64,000 nt of DNA from Raillietiella orientalis (lineage: Eukaryota). Each line of letters begins with the position of its first letter. The stretch's first letter is position 1. Below, piece by piece: positions 24,149 through 35,810 of the stretch. The translations under genes were made by a program, and so were the position numbers. The notes beneath the pieces were generated by a model. It was not told where the DNA came from, ran no database searches, and was given only the letters and a program-made list of their open reading frames with translations. Location: NCBI GenBank assembly GCA_036172245.1, contig JAYWIR010000052.1, forward strand, positions 310,001 to 374,000, given 5' to 3'.

Positions 24149-25389
24149 GAGAAGCGCGGAAGTACACCGGAAGCCTATGTTTGAACGACAGCCCCTGAAT
24201 GAGGATGCAGCCTGCAGAGATATTTCAAACTTCGTGCCTTCTCCAAGTTTGTATACAGAAATTTTGCTAAACGGCTCGCGCTGCGTTTTTTTTTTTTTTT
24301 TTTTTCTTATGAATAAAAGTTGGTGCTCTTCGAATTTCGAGGGTCCGTGCGTCATAATTTGAACTGCGTGTTGTCCGTTTTGAGGGCTCCAGGAAGAGTT
24401 CGCTGGTGTAGTCAAAGTGCTAACTAACTTTTTGCAGCCAGAAAAGTGTGCAAGCTAGAGGAATTGCGTACCCGGAAATACGTCTGGTCAGTGTCTCCAA
24501 GCGGTGCGGCCATCGACGACGACGGAACCGCAGAGAGTCTTCAGGTTATCTCGGCCACGAAAGAAGTCGGAAGCGTTTGCTTCCGCAAGTGGGTCGCGCC
24601 GCCCTTCCGTTCGCATGCGATTGCTCCGGGTGTTCCTTGCAGTCCCTTGCATCTCCTCATCCCGCGTGCAACGAGAGAGAGGTGACCCCTTGTCCGTCGT
24701 CGACCACGGTCCAGTCGCATGCGCGCTGTCTCCGTGTCGCGGATGCAACTCGGGACTGCGATTCCAGCCGGATTCGACATCGGCCCGTGCGTGGACGTGC
24801 TCCACGCAGAAGCCGCCGTGGTGCATCCGCGTGCTGGAAGGCCATCTCTAGACGAGGCCATGCGTCGCGGAGGGCACATTGGAACAAGTACGGGTCCAGG
24901 GTCACCTAGCACAGCTTCCCTTCTTCCGGTACTGGAGGCGGGCGCTGCAAGGAAGTACCCACAGCGAGATGTTCGTCACCCGAGGCCAGCCCCAGGCTGT
25001 CCGCACATACTGGTGGACTACTGCATCTGCTGAAGTGATATCCAAGGGGGTCGCCGGCGTCGAGGGGGTCCTAGGGTATGAGCTCGCGGGGACGCCACCA
25101 ACCGACCGACGGTTTCAAACCCCCTGCGGTTTGTACACCCTGTCGGCATTCGGTATGCATTCCCCGGGGCGGTAGCCAACTGCCATCCCCTTTGTGCTAG
25201 GGAGACCAACGTGGCGGCTAAGGATGGAGCCCTTTTCCCTGGATGGAATGTAGATGGTGCCTGTTAACAAACGTCGTCGGGGAAAGAGCGGTTCCGAAAA
25301 GACCCCCGTGAACTTTGCTCCAGTATTTGCAATCTCCTGCCGCCAGGCGTTCACCTGTTTTAGGGGGGCAGGGGATCTAGGAATGCTGC

Positions 25390-26100
25390 TTCAACCCACA
25401 GGCCATGTTCTGGCAGGGGAAAACCGCGGAGGTGGTAGAACACCTAGTTCTACCACGCGCGGAAGAACTTGCCAAAAAACCGGTACGCAGACCGGTGAGG
25501 TCCGCTCCATCGGCGAAGGGGGAGGGAAAACCACAAGAAAAAAACGAGTGGAAAAAACGTGGAAGGGGGGGGGGGGGGCAATGTTTCCTGGGGAAAGGAA
25601 GGCGGGAAAGGGATCAGTGTTTGCCCGGAGACGTCCTCGGCATCCTGTTCAGGATCCTGACAAGTCATGCATTCTTTGGTTGAGATTGGGGCCATCGGGA
25701 GGCAATCTTCAAGAAGATTCCCGCCCAGTGGATGGAATCCCTGCTATTGTGGCCTCTTCTTTTCGCGTTCCAGGTTGCCACGATTCTGCATACACAGCAG
25801 AGCACTGCTAGAAATGCGGCTAGAGACAAGGCGTCACGCAAGAAGAGACACCGGAAAATGTTCATAGGGTAGCCTACCGGGATTTTAAGGATCAACGAGA
25901 GTCGATTCCAAAGGGCTCGGAGGCCGACACAGTCTATTAATAAGTGCGGGAAGGTCTTCTCTCTGCGACTTTCGCAATTCGCATCCACGCTGCCCCGTGT
26001 CCAGAGATAGAGGCGCGCCTTGCTGGAAGGTCGCTGCCCCTTGCTTCCCTCAGGGAGGCAAGCACTGAGGCAGGGGGGGAAGGTGAATCGAAGCACTCTA
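25390..26100 (-). mobile_element. 5'-truncated L1/Tx1-type non-LTR retrotransposon fragment (ORF2 C-terminus plus 3' UTR)
   Basis: NCESRREKTFPHLLIDCVGLRALW is a decayed zf-RVT CCHC-type motif. It is clearly paralogous to the peptide at about 26400-26750 (LFLRDALSLAAFLAVLCC vs LFVRDALSPAASPAVLCC), and the 3' UTRs are homologous. Confidence 0.7.
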
Positions 26101-26149
26101 TTTATGTTTTCCGTTCAACGCGTAGTGAAGTCATTGCTTCATTGGTCTA

Positions 26150-29100
26150 ACACTCGGTAACGGAGTTAAACCAACCCCGTGCCGGGGCGTTTATTACAAA
26201 AAATATCAAACATATAGGTGTAGGGTCATAGGCCCTACATCGTCCGAAAGTGCTCGGAACTGCCGAGTAACCAACACGCACGCCGGCGAGGTTCGCCTCG
26301 GCAGCGGAGGGAGAGGGGGCGAACAAAAAATAAACAAAAAAAATATATACAAAAATTGGGAGGGTCAGGAAAAGGATCACTGTTCGCTGGAGGGCGTTCC
26401 ATTCGAGTGCGCCCCAGGGGAAGGGGCATCTTGCTGCCGTCCGCAGGAAGCGCAGGGCGAAGTAGATGGCGTCCCTGTCGCGCCGTCCTCCTATCGCGTA
26501 GCTCCAGACCCCCACAATCCTACGTAGGCAGCAGCAAAGAACTGCTGGGGATGCGGCAGGCGAAAGGGCATCGCGCACGAAGAGGCGCTTCGTCACGTCT
26601 CTAGGATTGTCCGTCGGTGCACCGAGGGCCGTCGAGAATCGCCACCACAGGGGCCGAAGGGCAACACAGTCTACAAGTAGGTGCAGAAAGGATTTCCGTT
26701 TCCTGCATCTGCAACAGTTGTGCTCCACAGCCTCTCGGGTCCAGTGGGAGCGGCGGACTTTGCACGTCACTTTGCGGGGTGACCGCATGACAGTGCTGGA
26801 CGCCTGCTGCCCGCTCGAGGGGGGGCGTTCGACACACCTGGGGAAAGCAAGATGGAGGAAGTTCAAAGGAGCGGCCCTCGGGCAAACCAGTGTAAAGGGG
26901 GCGCTGCGAAGCGCGCGCCCTCGTCGTCGACGGTCCACCTAGGATCCAGGAAACGAAGAGGCGCCGCGCGGTCTCGGAGTGAATTCCTGGAGAGTCTCCA
27001 GGAAGCACTCGGAGAGGCTCTCTGGGGACATCCACGTGACACACGTCACAGGAAGAACACCGAAATCCTTTCCGGGTTCCCTTCGGGGAAGGACCGAGAA
27101 GTGGCCCCTTCCAGAGACAACCGGGGTGTGGGTTCCCTCTTGGGAGTCAGGGAGAGGACGGAACCCCTTCCTCAGGAGCCCTTCCTGGACTCATCGGGTG
27201 GTCCCCTCCCTGGGTCATCCCCCCTATAACTTGAAGGGTCAGCACGCATCCCCGGGCGGCGTGGATGGCGCTCAAAGAGCCACGTCGTGACCCTTCTCCC
27301 ACTCTCTCCGAGAAGGAGAACGGCTCTTCAGCACCCTTGGAGAAGCAAAAAACAAAGCAGCTGGGAGGGAGGCAGCGGAACCCCCCCCCTGCCGTCCTCT
27401 GTTGGCTGCTCCATCCGTTCGTCCTCTCCCTTTTTCCCCCACCGCGGCCGGTTGGCGGCAGCAGGAGAGGAGGTGGGGGGAAGAGCAAAACCAAAAACAG
27501 AGTAAAAGGAAATGGGAAAACCTTGAGGAGGATCGGAGTCACGGACCGCTGCATGGTGGCGCCCTCTGCACCTTCCGGAGGCAACCGATAGATTCCTCCT
27601 GCATGACGCCCCCCACCGGATGGGGCAGGGAACACCTCGTTGCGATCCCCGAAAAGAAGGGTGCCTCCACCCTGTCGCGCTTGGTTCCCGGTGGAGCACG
27701 GCTGCGTGCGGGAGGTCGCTGACGAAAAGGAGCGCTAAAAACGACCGCGGGGTTGCTTCCAAGAGGGATCTGGAGGGCAACTCGAGGAGCGACGGGGTAG
27801 TTGTTCTCCGGAGACTTTCTTCCTCCGCGCCGGCAAGGCGGTCGGGGTCCGCCCCCCTCCCCCTGGTCCGGTGGCGCGCCTCCCCCTGCCGCTGGCGGAA
27901 CGAGGAGAGAGTGCCACTGTCCATGAGCACCGCAGGTGGCACCAGATCTACTGGGGGGGATTCTCGGGCCCAGAGGACGGGTCTCCTCGGTGGGGGTGAG
28001 GGTGGGGGGAGGGACGGCAGCGCCGGAGAGCTGTATCCGCGAAGCCATATGCCTTTGTGGAGCGCGCGGCACGCAAAGCCCCCCCACGGGAAGAGCAGCC
28101 GAGCACCCTGGAGGATGAGGTGCAGGAAGCATCGGCGGCACCGCTGCCGATGTGCCTCCCGCTCGCCCCCGGGGCGGGAGGGATGGATAAACCATGACAA
28201 CGTTCGCGGCAGAGTCCGCTCGAGCAGCCGTGGCTCTCCGGGAAGCTCGGAAGCCCGGAACGCTCCGTTTCCTGGAGTAGCGGGACTGCCGTTCCGCGGA
28301 CGCGCCTGTCGCGTGGGTTGACCCGTGACCCCACGCGCCGCCAGGCCACAGGAGAATCCTCACGCGGAAGCCGGGCACAAACGCCTGTTTCCCCGCTGAC
28401 CCCTGCGGCCAGGAAGAGGCATCGGCGCTCCCGTCCGTCCGAATGCCCAGAGGGGGAACTTTCGGGACACCCGGCTGCGAGGTGAAGAGGCGCTGCGAAA
28501 GCTGGCCGCCTTCCGGTGAGCACGGTGCGGTGGGGTGACCTGATGACGTCTCCCCGTCCCGCATCCGAACCTTCCCCTAAGCCCCTGTACCCGTTCCAAG
28601 CAAGCCCCGCCTCGGGAACGCCTGCTGACCAACCAGACACTGCGCCCAGTTCTCTTGAGGGCCGCCGCGCCTTCCAGTGCGTCGAAAGAGGGGACCTCCC
28701 AACTCTGCCCGGTCTGAGTTCCCTCGACGTTCCCTTGGAGTTTCCTTGGCGCTCTCCTGGCGCACCGAACGCGTCGCACGCGAAGGGGAATGTCCCGGGA
28801 AAGTCGGGGCCTTCCAGAGTCCACGTACCCGTCGCCCCTGAGATGGTTCGATCCGAACGGAACCCTTCCCCTTCCTCGATCCCCTACGGGAGGTAACAAG
28901 GCGAGTCGCGCGTCACCTGCTCCATCACCACCGGGCGTAGGTGCGTCGCGCGCGCGAGCGGTGGGATCTATCCAAGTGACGACAGGAGCGTCCCCTTTCC
29001 CTCCGATCAATAGGGCACAGCACCTGCGGGTCGGCACGGGGGGTGGGGGAGGAGACGACCCAGCTGCCACCGTTCAGTTCGGCATGAAGAGCGTTGCTGG

Positions 29101-31400
29101 GACGCCGGAAACAGCCGAGGCCCTTGTGCGGTTACCGTGTCTGCCCCTCCTCCCCCATCACTCTTTTTCCCCAGGCAGTAGTAGGGTGAGGAAGGGGTGC
29201 GGCGGGATAGGCAAAGAGGCGGTACTTCGGGGGAGCGCTACGCGGGCCCTCCAGTCCATCAAACGCTGCCTCTAGAGAACGCGTCCCGACGCGCGATCCC
29301 GAAGGAGGATGGGTGGGAGGGATGCCGGGATGTGTCGGCAGAGGCCTTGAGTCGAAATGGGGGAGGAGCGTGCATGGGACTGTGGTCACCGGAAGCGTTG
29401 CATCTTGTTGCTGCGGGCGCGCTCGCGCAAAAGCAGACAATAGGGGTGGCGAGGTGGGAAGAGAGAGAAAGCTGCAGCCGAGATGCGCGTCTCCCATGCG
29501 GGTGCGGAGCCAGGAGGGATGAGCGGACTGGGAGTGCGGGGAGCCCCTCGGTTTCCACGGCGATAGAGCGAAGTCCCGGATCAGCATTGTCCCTTTCCTC
29601 CTCTTCCCTGATCCCCCTAGTCCGAGGCGCCCAGGGAGCACACCAGGACTAGAGTGGGAGGCGCGCGCCTCCCTCTCCCTCGTGTCCTCAGGGGTGTCCC
29701 GCGACCTCCGGGGCGGACGAGCGGCCCTCCCGCCCTGCCCCTGCAATTCCTGACGTCCGGCCAGACTTCGCTGTAGCTGGACTTGCGCGCTGCAACTCCC
29801 GCGTAGGGAATAGGGAGAGAGCTCCCACTTTCCTCCCTCTCTGACTCCGCTCCCGGAGGGCAGTCACTCCCTGCCCCCCAAGCAGCGACCCCCCCATCAC
29901 TCCGCGCCTCCGCGGGCACCTGCCGCCGCCTCCTGAAGCCACCCAGCCAGTGCTCTTCCCCGGACCCGGCTGCGACCTTCCAGCTGGCGACTTCCAGCTG
30001 GAGGTCGCCTAGGATTAGGGATTCGGGGGCACCGTTCGCAGTCTGTCCTCGGCCATCTCCTCACGATGGGCCGTCCGGTGGGCGCGGATATCACGTGGCT
30101 CCTCCTAGGCTGCTCCTCGGATTGCCCGAGGGCCGTCCCGTCATTCTCCGGCCGGACTTCCAGAGGGCGCCGCCTCTTTCGCTCCACTGAACTTCTCACC
30201 ACCTGTGGGAAGGTGGTATCGAAGATGGCAAGCGAGGAAGAAGGTGCCCAGGGCGGTCCTGGGCACCTTCTTCTCCCGACCCATGCGGCCGTCTCCCTCG
30301 CGGAAGCAGCTTTCCCTTTGGATGGCCGCCGATCCCTTCGCGACGGTTCGCTACTGCCACCGCGTCAGTAGAAAATACTTATTCCTCTTCTTCCTCTCCT
30401 TTCTTCTCCCTCCCTCCCTCTTCCTCCTTCTCCCTTTTTCTTCTTCCTCCTTCCCTTCCTTTTCACTTTGCCTTCCTTGAGGACCGATCATCCCTAGGGC
30501 CCTTCGACTGGCCAAACACTTTCCCGGTCACCAGTCCAGCGCGTCCTCTGTGCCACGAGAGAGCCGTGACGTCTGCCGCTGTGACTGTCTGGACGCGGAC
30601 CTGTTCCTTCCGAGCGCGAGCACGGGAGTCCCGGCAGCAGCTGTGGCGCGGCAGCGGCTTCGAGCGCGCGGCCACCTGGAAGGATCTTCTCTGAGGCAGA
30701 GAGCGGGTGCAGCGGAGCCTACACCATGCAAGACGAGGCCGGTCTGGACGAAAGGGGATTCCGGCGCTGCCCGCGCCCCTCTTGCCCAAAAGCGACAGGA
30801 ACGAACCTTCAAGAGGCAAGGACCACACGCTCTTGCTGACTCCGGGCGAGGCTCTAGGCCTCCCTCGCTCGCGCTCGAGGCTCCATCTCGCGACTCGGCT
30901 ACGCCCAGGCCCCCTCAAGTTGGTCGCGAAGCCACCTCTTGGCGTGCACTCGCGGCACCTACGGCACTCCCACGCGGGAAAGAATCCAGGGTGAATCTGT
31001 CCCGGCTGCGCACGTCCTGTGGTCCGGAGAGATACCTCTTCTTAACGCCAGGTGGTTAGCAGTTCCCCTTCCCCCCTTCCCCTCTCTCTCCAGCCCCAAG
31101 AAGCCCCAGGCACCTTGACAAAGTGGCCATTCGCGCGCGCGCGCGGAATGCCGATACCCCTCTGTTGGGGTCAAGGGGCGCACTGCGTCGGCCGGCGGAA
31201 GTATCAGCGCTCCCCTCCATTCCCCTGGCGAGAGGCCAGGATCACGGAGCATCGCTCGCAAGATGGGAGGCACCCTGCAGCTTCCAAACGCGAGGGTCGC
31301 ACGGCCGGGCAGCCAGGACATCGTCCGGCTTCCCTTCCCGACCCCGTTTAGAACCAACGATGGCCCCACTCGAGGGGGGCATCACCCCACTAAACTAACA
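26150..31400 (-). mobile_element. Decayed near-full-length L1/Tx1-type LINE (ORF1-like region, APE endonuclease, RT remnants, zf-RVT, 3' UTR)
   Basis: Order on the - strand: WLQEA (about 29935, LQET-like); GRRASRLQ...ASGDHSPM (about 29370-29500, APE SRLD/SDH-like); LSRDIPLRVRRVR (about 28780, RT-like); CCRCRKRKSFLHLLVDCVALRPLW (about 26640-26720); T-rich 3' UTR with AATAAA near 26190. Many frameshifts; boundaries are approximate. Confidence 0.65.
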
Positions 31401-33760
31401 AGCCCACCCTGCACTGTTGCAAACCGGACCACTGCAGCGCCTCGGGCAAACGCGCGCTCTCAACAGCGGCGCTTGCGACACGGCATGCGAAGAGGCGTGA
31501 AAGAGTGCAACGGTTCGTCATCCGCCCACGCACGGGACATCTTGGTTTCGTCTACAGCCCATGATGTAAACAGTCGGCAGCGTTGCCTTCTGATGCCAGA
31601 GGCGAGTCTGTCGCTACGGCTCCCACAACCAACACGTCAGCCATCCCGACATGACGCGATCCCCCGGAACCCTTCAGAGGCTTCCTCAACCTCCCCAACT
31701 CCCTCCGACTCTTCGTTCTTTGTGCTGTAGCGCAGATCTCGTGGACCTGGACGAAAGATCTTTCTTTCGTCCAGGCTTGCATGCGAGCATTCAAACGTGG
31801 GCGAGTCCCAATTGATTAAGACTAAAATCAAAAGAAAGGTTTGTGCAGACAACGCTATTTTATTCAGGTGTGATTTTGCTATGCGGGCCGCTTTGCCCGA
31901 GATCTGCCCGGGCCACAGCTGAGAATAGTCGGCACAATCTCAAAACCAGCAGCCGTCGCTGAGCAAGCAGAGAATCTTCGAGACTTGCTGCCGTGACAGA
32001 GCTTCCATAATGCATCTGACCAACCCCTCATGTGACTTTATATGAAACACAGAAGCAGCACGAGAACGAGAGGCAGGCCGGTCTGCCTTGGGCTGCTGCA
32101 CACCGGAACACTTTCAACACCGCAGTCAAACTATTGCATTCCACTTTACAGAGCACTGTTTCGTCATCCCATTCTAACATTCTACTAAGCATCGGAATTT
32201 ATCCCGTTGCGACAAATAGATAGCTAATTAAAACATTTTAAGTTACACTGCAGCTCTTTCACTTGCTAACACCTTGGAAACCTTCAACTAAGCAAAAAAC
32301 GCGGAACATGCATGGATACTTCAACATCTTAAAATCATCCAACTGTTGGAACTGAAACTATTGTGATCATTTGACAGCATGTTAACCACATTCACTGACC
32401 TCACTGCAGGAATAGGTCAACCACAGAGAGCAACGGCACCAAAACTTGCAGACCAAACAAGTACTCTGACTGGTTCACAGCTTACAACAAGAAATTCAAT
32501 AAACAGGAAGATAAACCACACAACCTTAGATGAAATCTCATGGTGCATTGCTGAAGGCTGAACAGACTGAAGGAACAGCAGACTGGTGATGCCAAAAGAA
32601 CGCCCAATGCATGCAAAACAGCTCAGAAAAGACCCAAACCAGGTCACCATTGCATTCCCAAATGCCAGGGTTGGAAACCAGGAAACGACCAAGCAAGGGC
32701 AGGGGTAATGGGCACGGCAAATTGGTGAATTCCATCACCATCGAAAGAGGTTGCCATTCATCGGATGTCTCAGGTGTGGTCGAAATGATCCCGGCAAAAT
32801 CGAATTCTCTGAAAGCCGCCGCTCACGAAAGGAATTCTAACGATCTCGAACAATACGAACGTTTCAGGCGTACACAACGAAGGCGAATGAATACACAAAA
32901 CCTTCCGAATACACCTAAGAAACCAAGAAAACCTGAACAATGAATAACAAATAAAGGAAGTCGCAGGAAAACCCACTAGCAGGAAATCAACAAGCAGACA
33001 GACTCAGGATAACTCTCTCCAGGGCACAAGAAAATCAATTCTGTAGTATCTGCGTGCCCTTTTTATTGAAAACCCAAGCATTCATCCCATATGCAAGCAA
33101 GTACCATGTGCAATAGGAAAATATCCGATTTGTTCCTGAAGAACTTCATTGGGTCTTTGAATGAAGATGTTCATTACTTTCAGGAATAATCTTATTTTTT
33201 ACTCGAGTTTGCAACTACAGGCAGCATTGCATGAATCAATGGGCAATTGCCCTCTAAACTATTTGCAGCAAGCGAAGCTGGGACCAGGGCAATAGAACAT
33301 GAACTTGCATTTCCCATGGGAGAAGGAAGACTGTAAACTCTGAGCAGAGAAAAACTTTAAGATTCAAGACACGACTCAAAGGTGTGCAACCCTATCAACA
33401 CCCTGCTACTGGCTACCCTGACAACAAACATCCATTTTGCTTCAGAACTGCATACCTTGCCATCTACTATATTCAGCTGTTTGTGAGCAAATCTTCACAA
33501 TCTGATTGCTTAACTGCTTGCACTGCTGACTGTGAAATGCTACACACATCCACCCATCAAAGTTTTTCTGTACAGTGCTGAAAATTTTATCCTGGAAACT
33601 GAAGCTTACAGTGACATGATACTGAAATCTCAGGTATGAACTGGAAACTTGAAAACAAGCTATATTAAAAAAAAAAAAAAAAAATCGCTTGACACTGATT
33701 TTGGACGGACAGTTTGCTAAAATCCTAAGTTTTCCACAGATGATACACTTCCAGCTTTCC

Positions 33761-35140
33761 TCAAGAGAGCAGAAAAAACATGATTATAGGGAAAACAACA
33801 GAAAATAATATGGCTTCCTTCATGGAAGGACTGCCATTGCAGCGTTCATCAAGGTTACAGAAGCACCAGGTGACATTTGAGTAGTAATTTCTGAAACTCT
33901 TGCTATCAAAAGATAGCTATAATACTGCAAACCTTCGGATATCATTCTCCTTAATGTCTTCAACAACGTAATGACCTAATTTGAGATCTCTGGTGTTTGG
34001 ACGACACCCTTCAGAAGTGTCTGCAGGAGTATCAGTCCTTATTTTCTTAAGGGAGGAAAGGCAGTCTCTAGTTATCATGGTCTCTCCTGAAGAATGCGAA
34101 GTGCTTTCAGTGCACAAGATGTTTCAAAGACTCACCCTGTCTACGCTCAATTATTTTAACACACATATCATCCCAAAGATCACAAGCCCATCCGGCATAC
34201 CATAAGCCAGTAAGGGCACCTCCACATCCAGGATGTGTACTGATACACTTGTAACAGTATAAACCTTTCACATTGTCTAGAAAGAAAAACAACAAACAAA
34301 CATCAACCAAAAGCAGTTTGGAAGTAAGTTCATAAATTGGCATCTGAATGGAATCACACTGAACGTAGTCATTTAGAAAAGGCATTTCCTTCGAAATTCG
34401 GATTTCATATTTCACTTGTAAACGAGCTTTACGTGGGAGATGGTTGAAATTATCGGTGCAAAATATGCTCCACTCATTCATGAAAGCTAATAAGAAGAAG
34501 GAGAAAAAAAAAACAACCAAAAAAAGGAAGAAAATCACATTTTTTAAAACACGCATTTAGTCCACTCTACAGAAAAATAGGCTCGGTAATTGAAATTACC
34601 AGCAAAAACAAATCCTGGAAATCACTTCTGCTGACAATGGGGCAACATTTTGTCATTGGGTATACAATCCTGCTGCATTGGATAGTCTTTATCCGGTTAA
34701 GATTTCGAGTAAATACAAATCTAGTTTGAAAGTTTTCGTGTTTCAGCAAAAGATGAAGCTGAGGCGAAAGTGAGACTAAAGTATGCAGGTTGCAGATCGC
34801 TTTCACCGATTTTTTTTTTTTTCTGATTCAAAGAATTCAACGAAGGCAATGAGCTTTACACGGCAAGCAATTCGCACTGTGCTACACCGATCAAGAAGGC
34901 CACCCATCTTGAAAGACCTTCACATCCAAATGTGACCCCACGGGCACCTACCTATCCCACATACGGCTTCCCACACGTTTAAGAGGTAGTTTAAAACTTC
35001 ACTTATCACATATGCACGGGTGCAGGAGCAAAGAGGGCCCCCAAAACGCCAAACTCACCAGTAAAGCAAAACAAACACAGGACAGCTATACGTATGCATG
35101 AGTTCAATGATGCTGCTGGGAACACATTTCTTCTAGACAT
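33761..35140 (-). CDS. crim: Ly6/uPAR three-finger GPI-anchored protein, crimpled-like, 4 exons
   Basis: Signal peptide MSRRNVFPAASLNSCIRIAVLCLFCFT (35059-35140), then LYCYKCISTHPGC...CDLWDDMCVKIIERR, ITRDCLSSL...TPADTSEGCRP...KLGHYV and NYYSNVTWCFCNLDERCN, ending in the hydrophobic GPI signal AILFSVVFPIIMFFLLS*. The pattern matches my recollection of Drosophila crimpled; the symbol is less certain than the family. AATAAA at 33062-33067. Confidence 0.88.
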
Positions 35141-35810
35141 TTTATGATGTTCCACATCGCTTTCCGCCCACACCGCGTAGGTCCATGGAACTCCGTGCTG
35201 ACTTCGGACTTCGAACTCGCCTCAAGCTGTAGCTTTGGCACCCCACCTACAAGGGTTGCCAGACGCACGCGGGCACATTATCTTTCGGAAAAGTGTCGGA
35301 ATGCGGCCATGTGGTAAAGAGACAGAAGAAGACCCCCCGTTTCCCCCTTCCCTTCCGAAAACAAGAAAGATTCTAAAAGAAAGCTCTGAAAAATCTCGCC
35401 TAACGAAAGAGATTTTTAATTTTCGATATGAAAGGAAAGGAACCGGGAATCACCACAATCTCGAAATGCACGCAACGTCTGGAAAGTCACATCACTTTAT
35501 CGATTGCTGCAGCAGATGGAAAAAAAAAAAAAATCTTTTCTGAGAAACGTGTCTCTTGAATAGCGCCAAGATGCGTAGATGGAAACGAGTCGCGGCTTTT
35601 GACAATCAGAATATTGCAGGTGCACAGGAAGATGATGATAAGTGCAGGCGGTCGGATCACAACACTGGCTTTTCTTAAATAATAACTGAAAATAAAATGG
35701 AAGCCCACAGGAGGAAGGGAAGAAAGACGGGAGAAGGATGAGGAAGGGAAGAAGGAAAGGAGGAGATTTCGACAAAGCCGAATGAACTGCCCTCTATAAA
35801 CTCAGCTTTA

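Noticed and set aside
24446..25354. GC-rich ORF fragments next to the LINE pair
   Set aside because: No motif recognised; it may be further decayed transposon sequence but that is unsupported.
31860..33000. Possible snoRNA host or extra gene downstream of crim
   Set aside because: No convincing C/D or H/ACA boxes and no ORF; it could simply be an extended 3' UTR.
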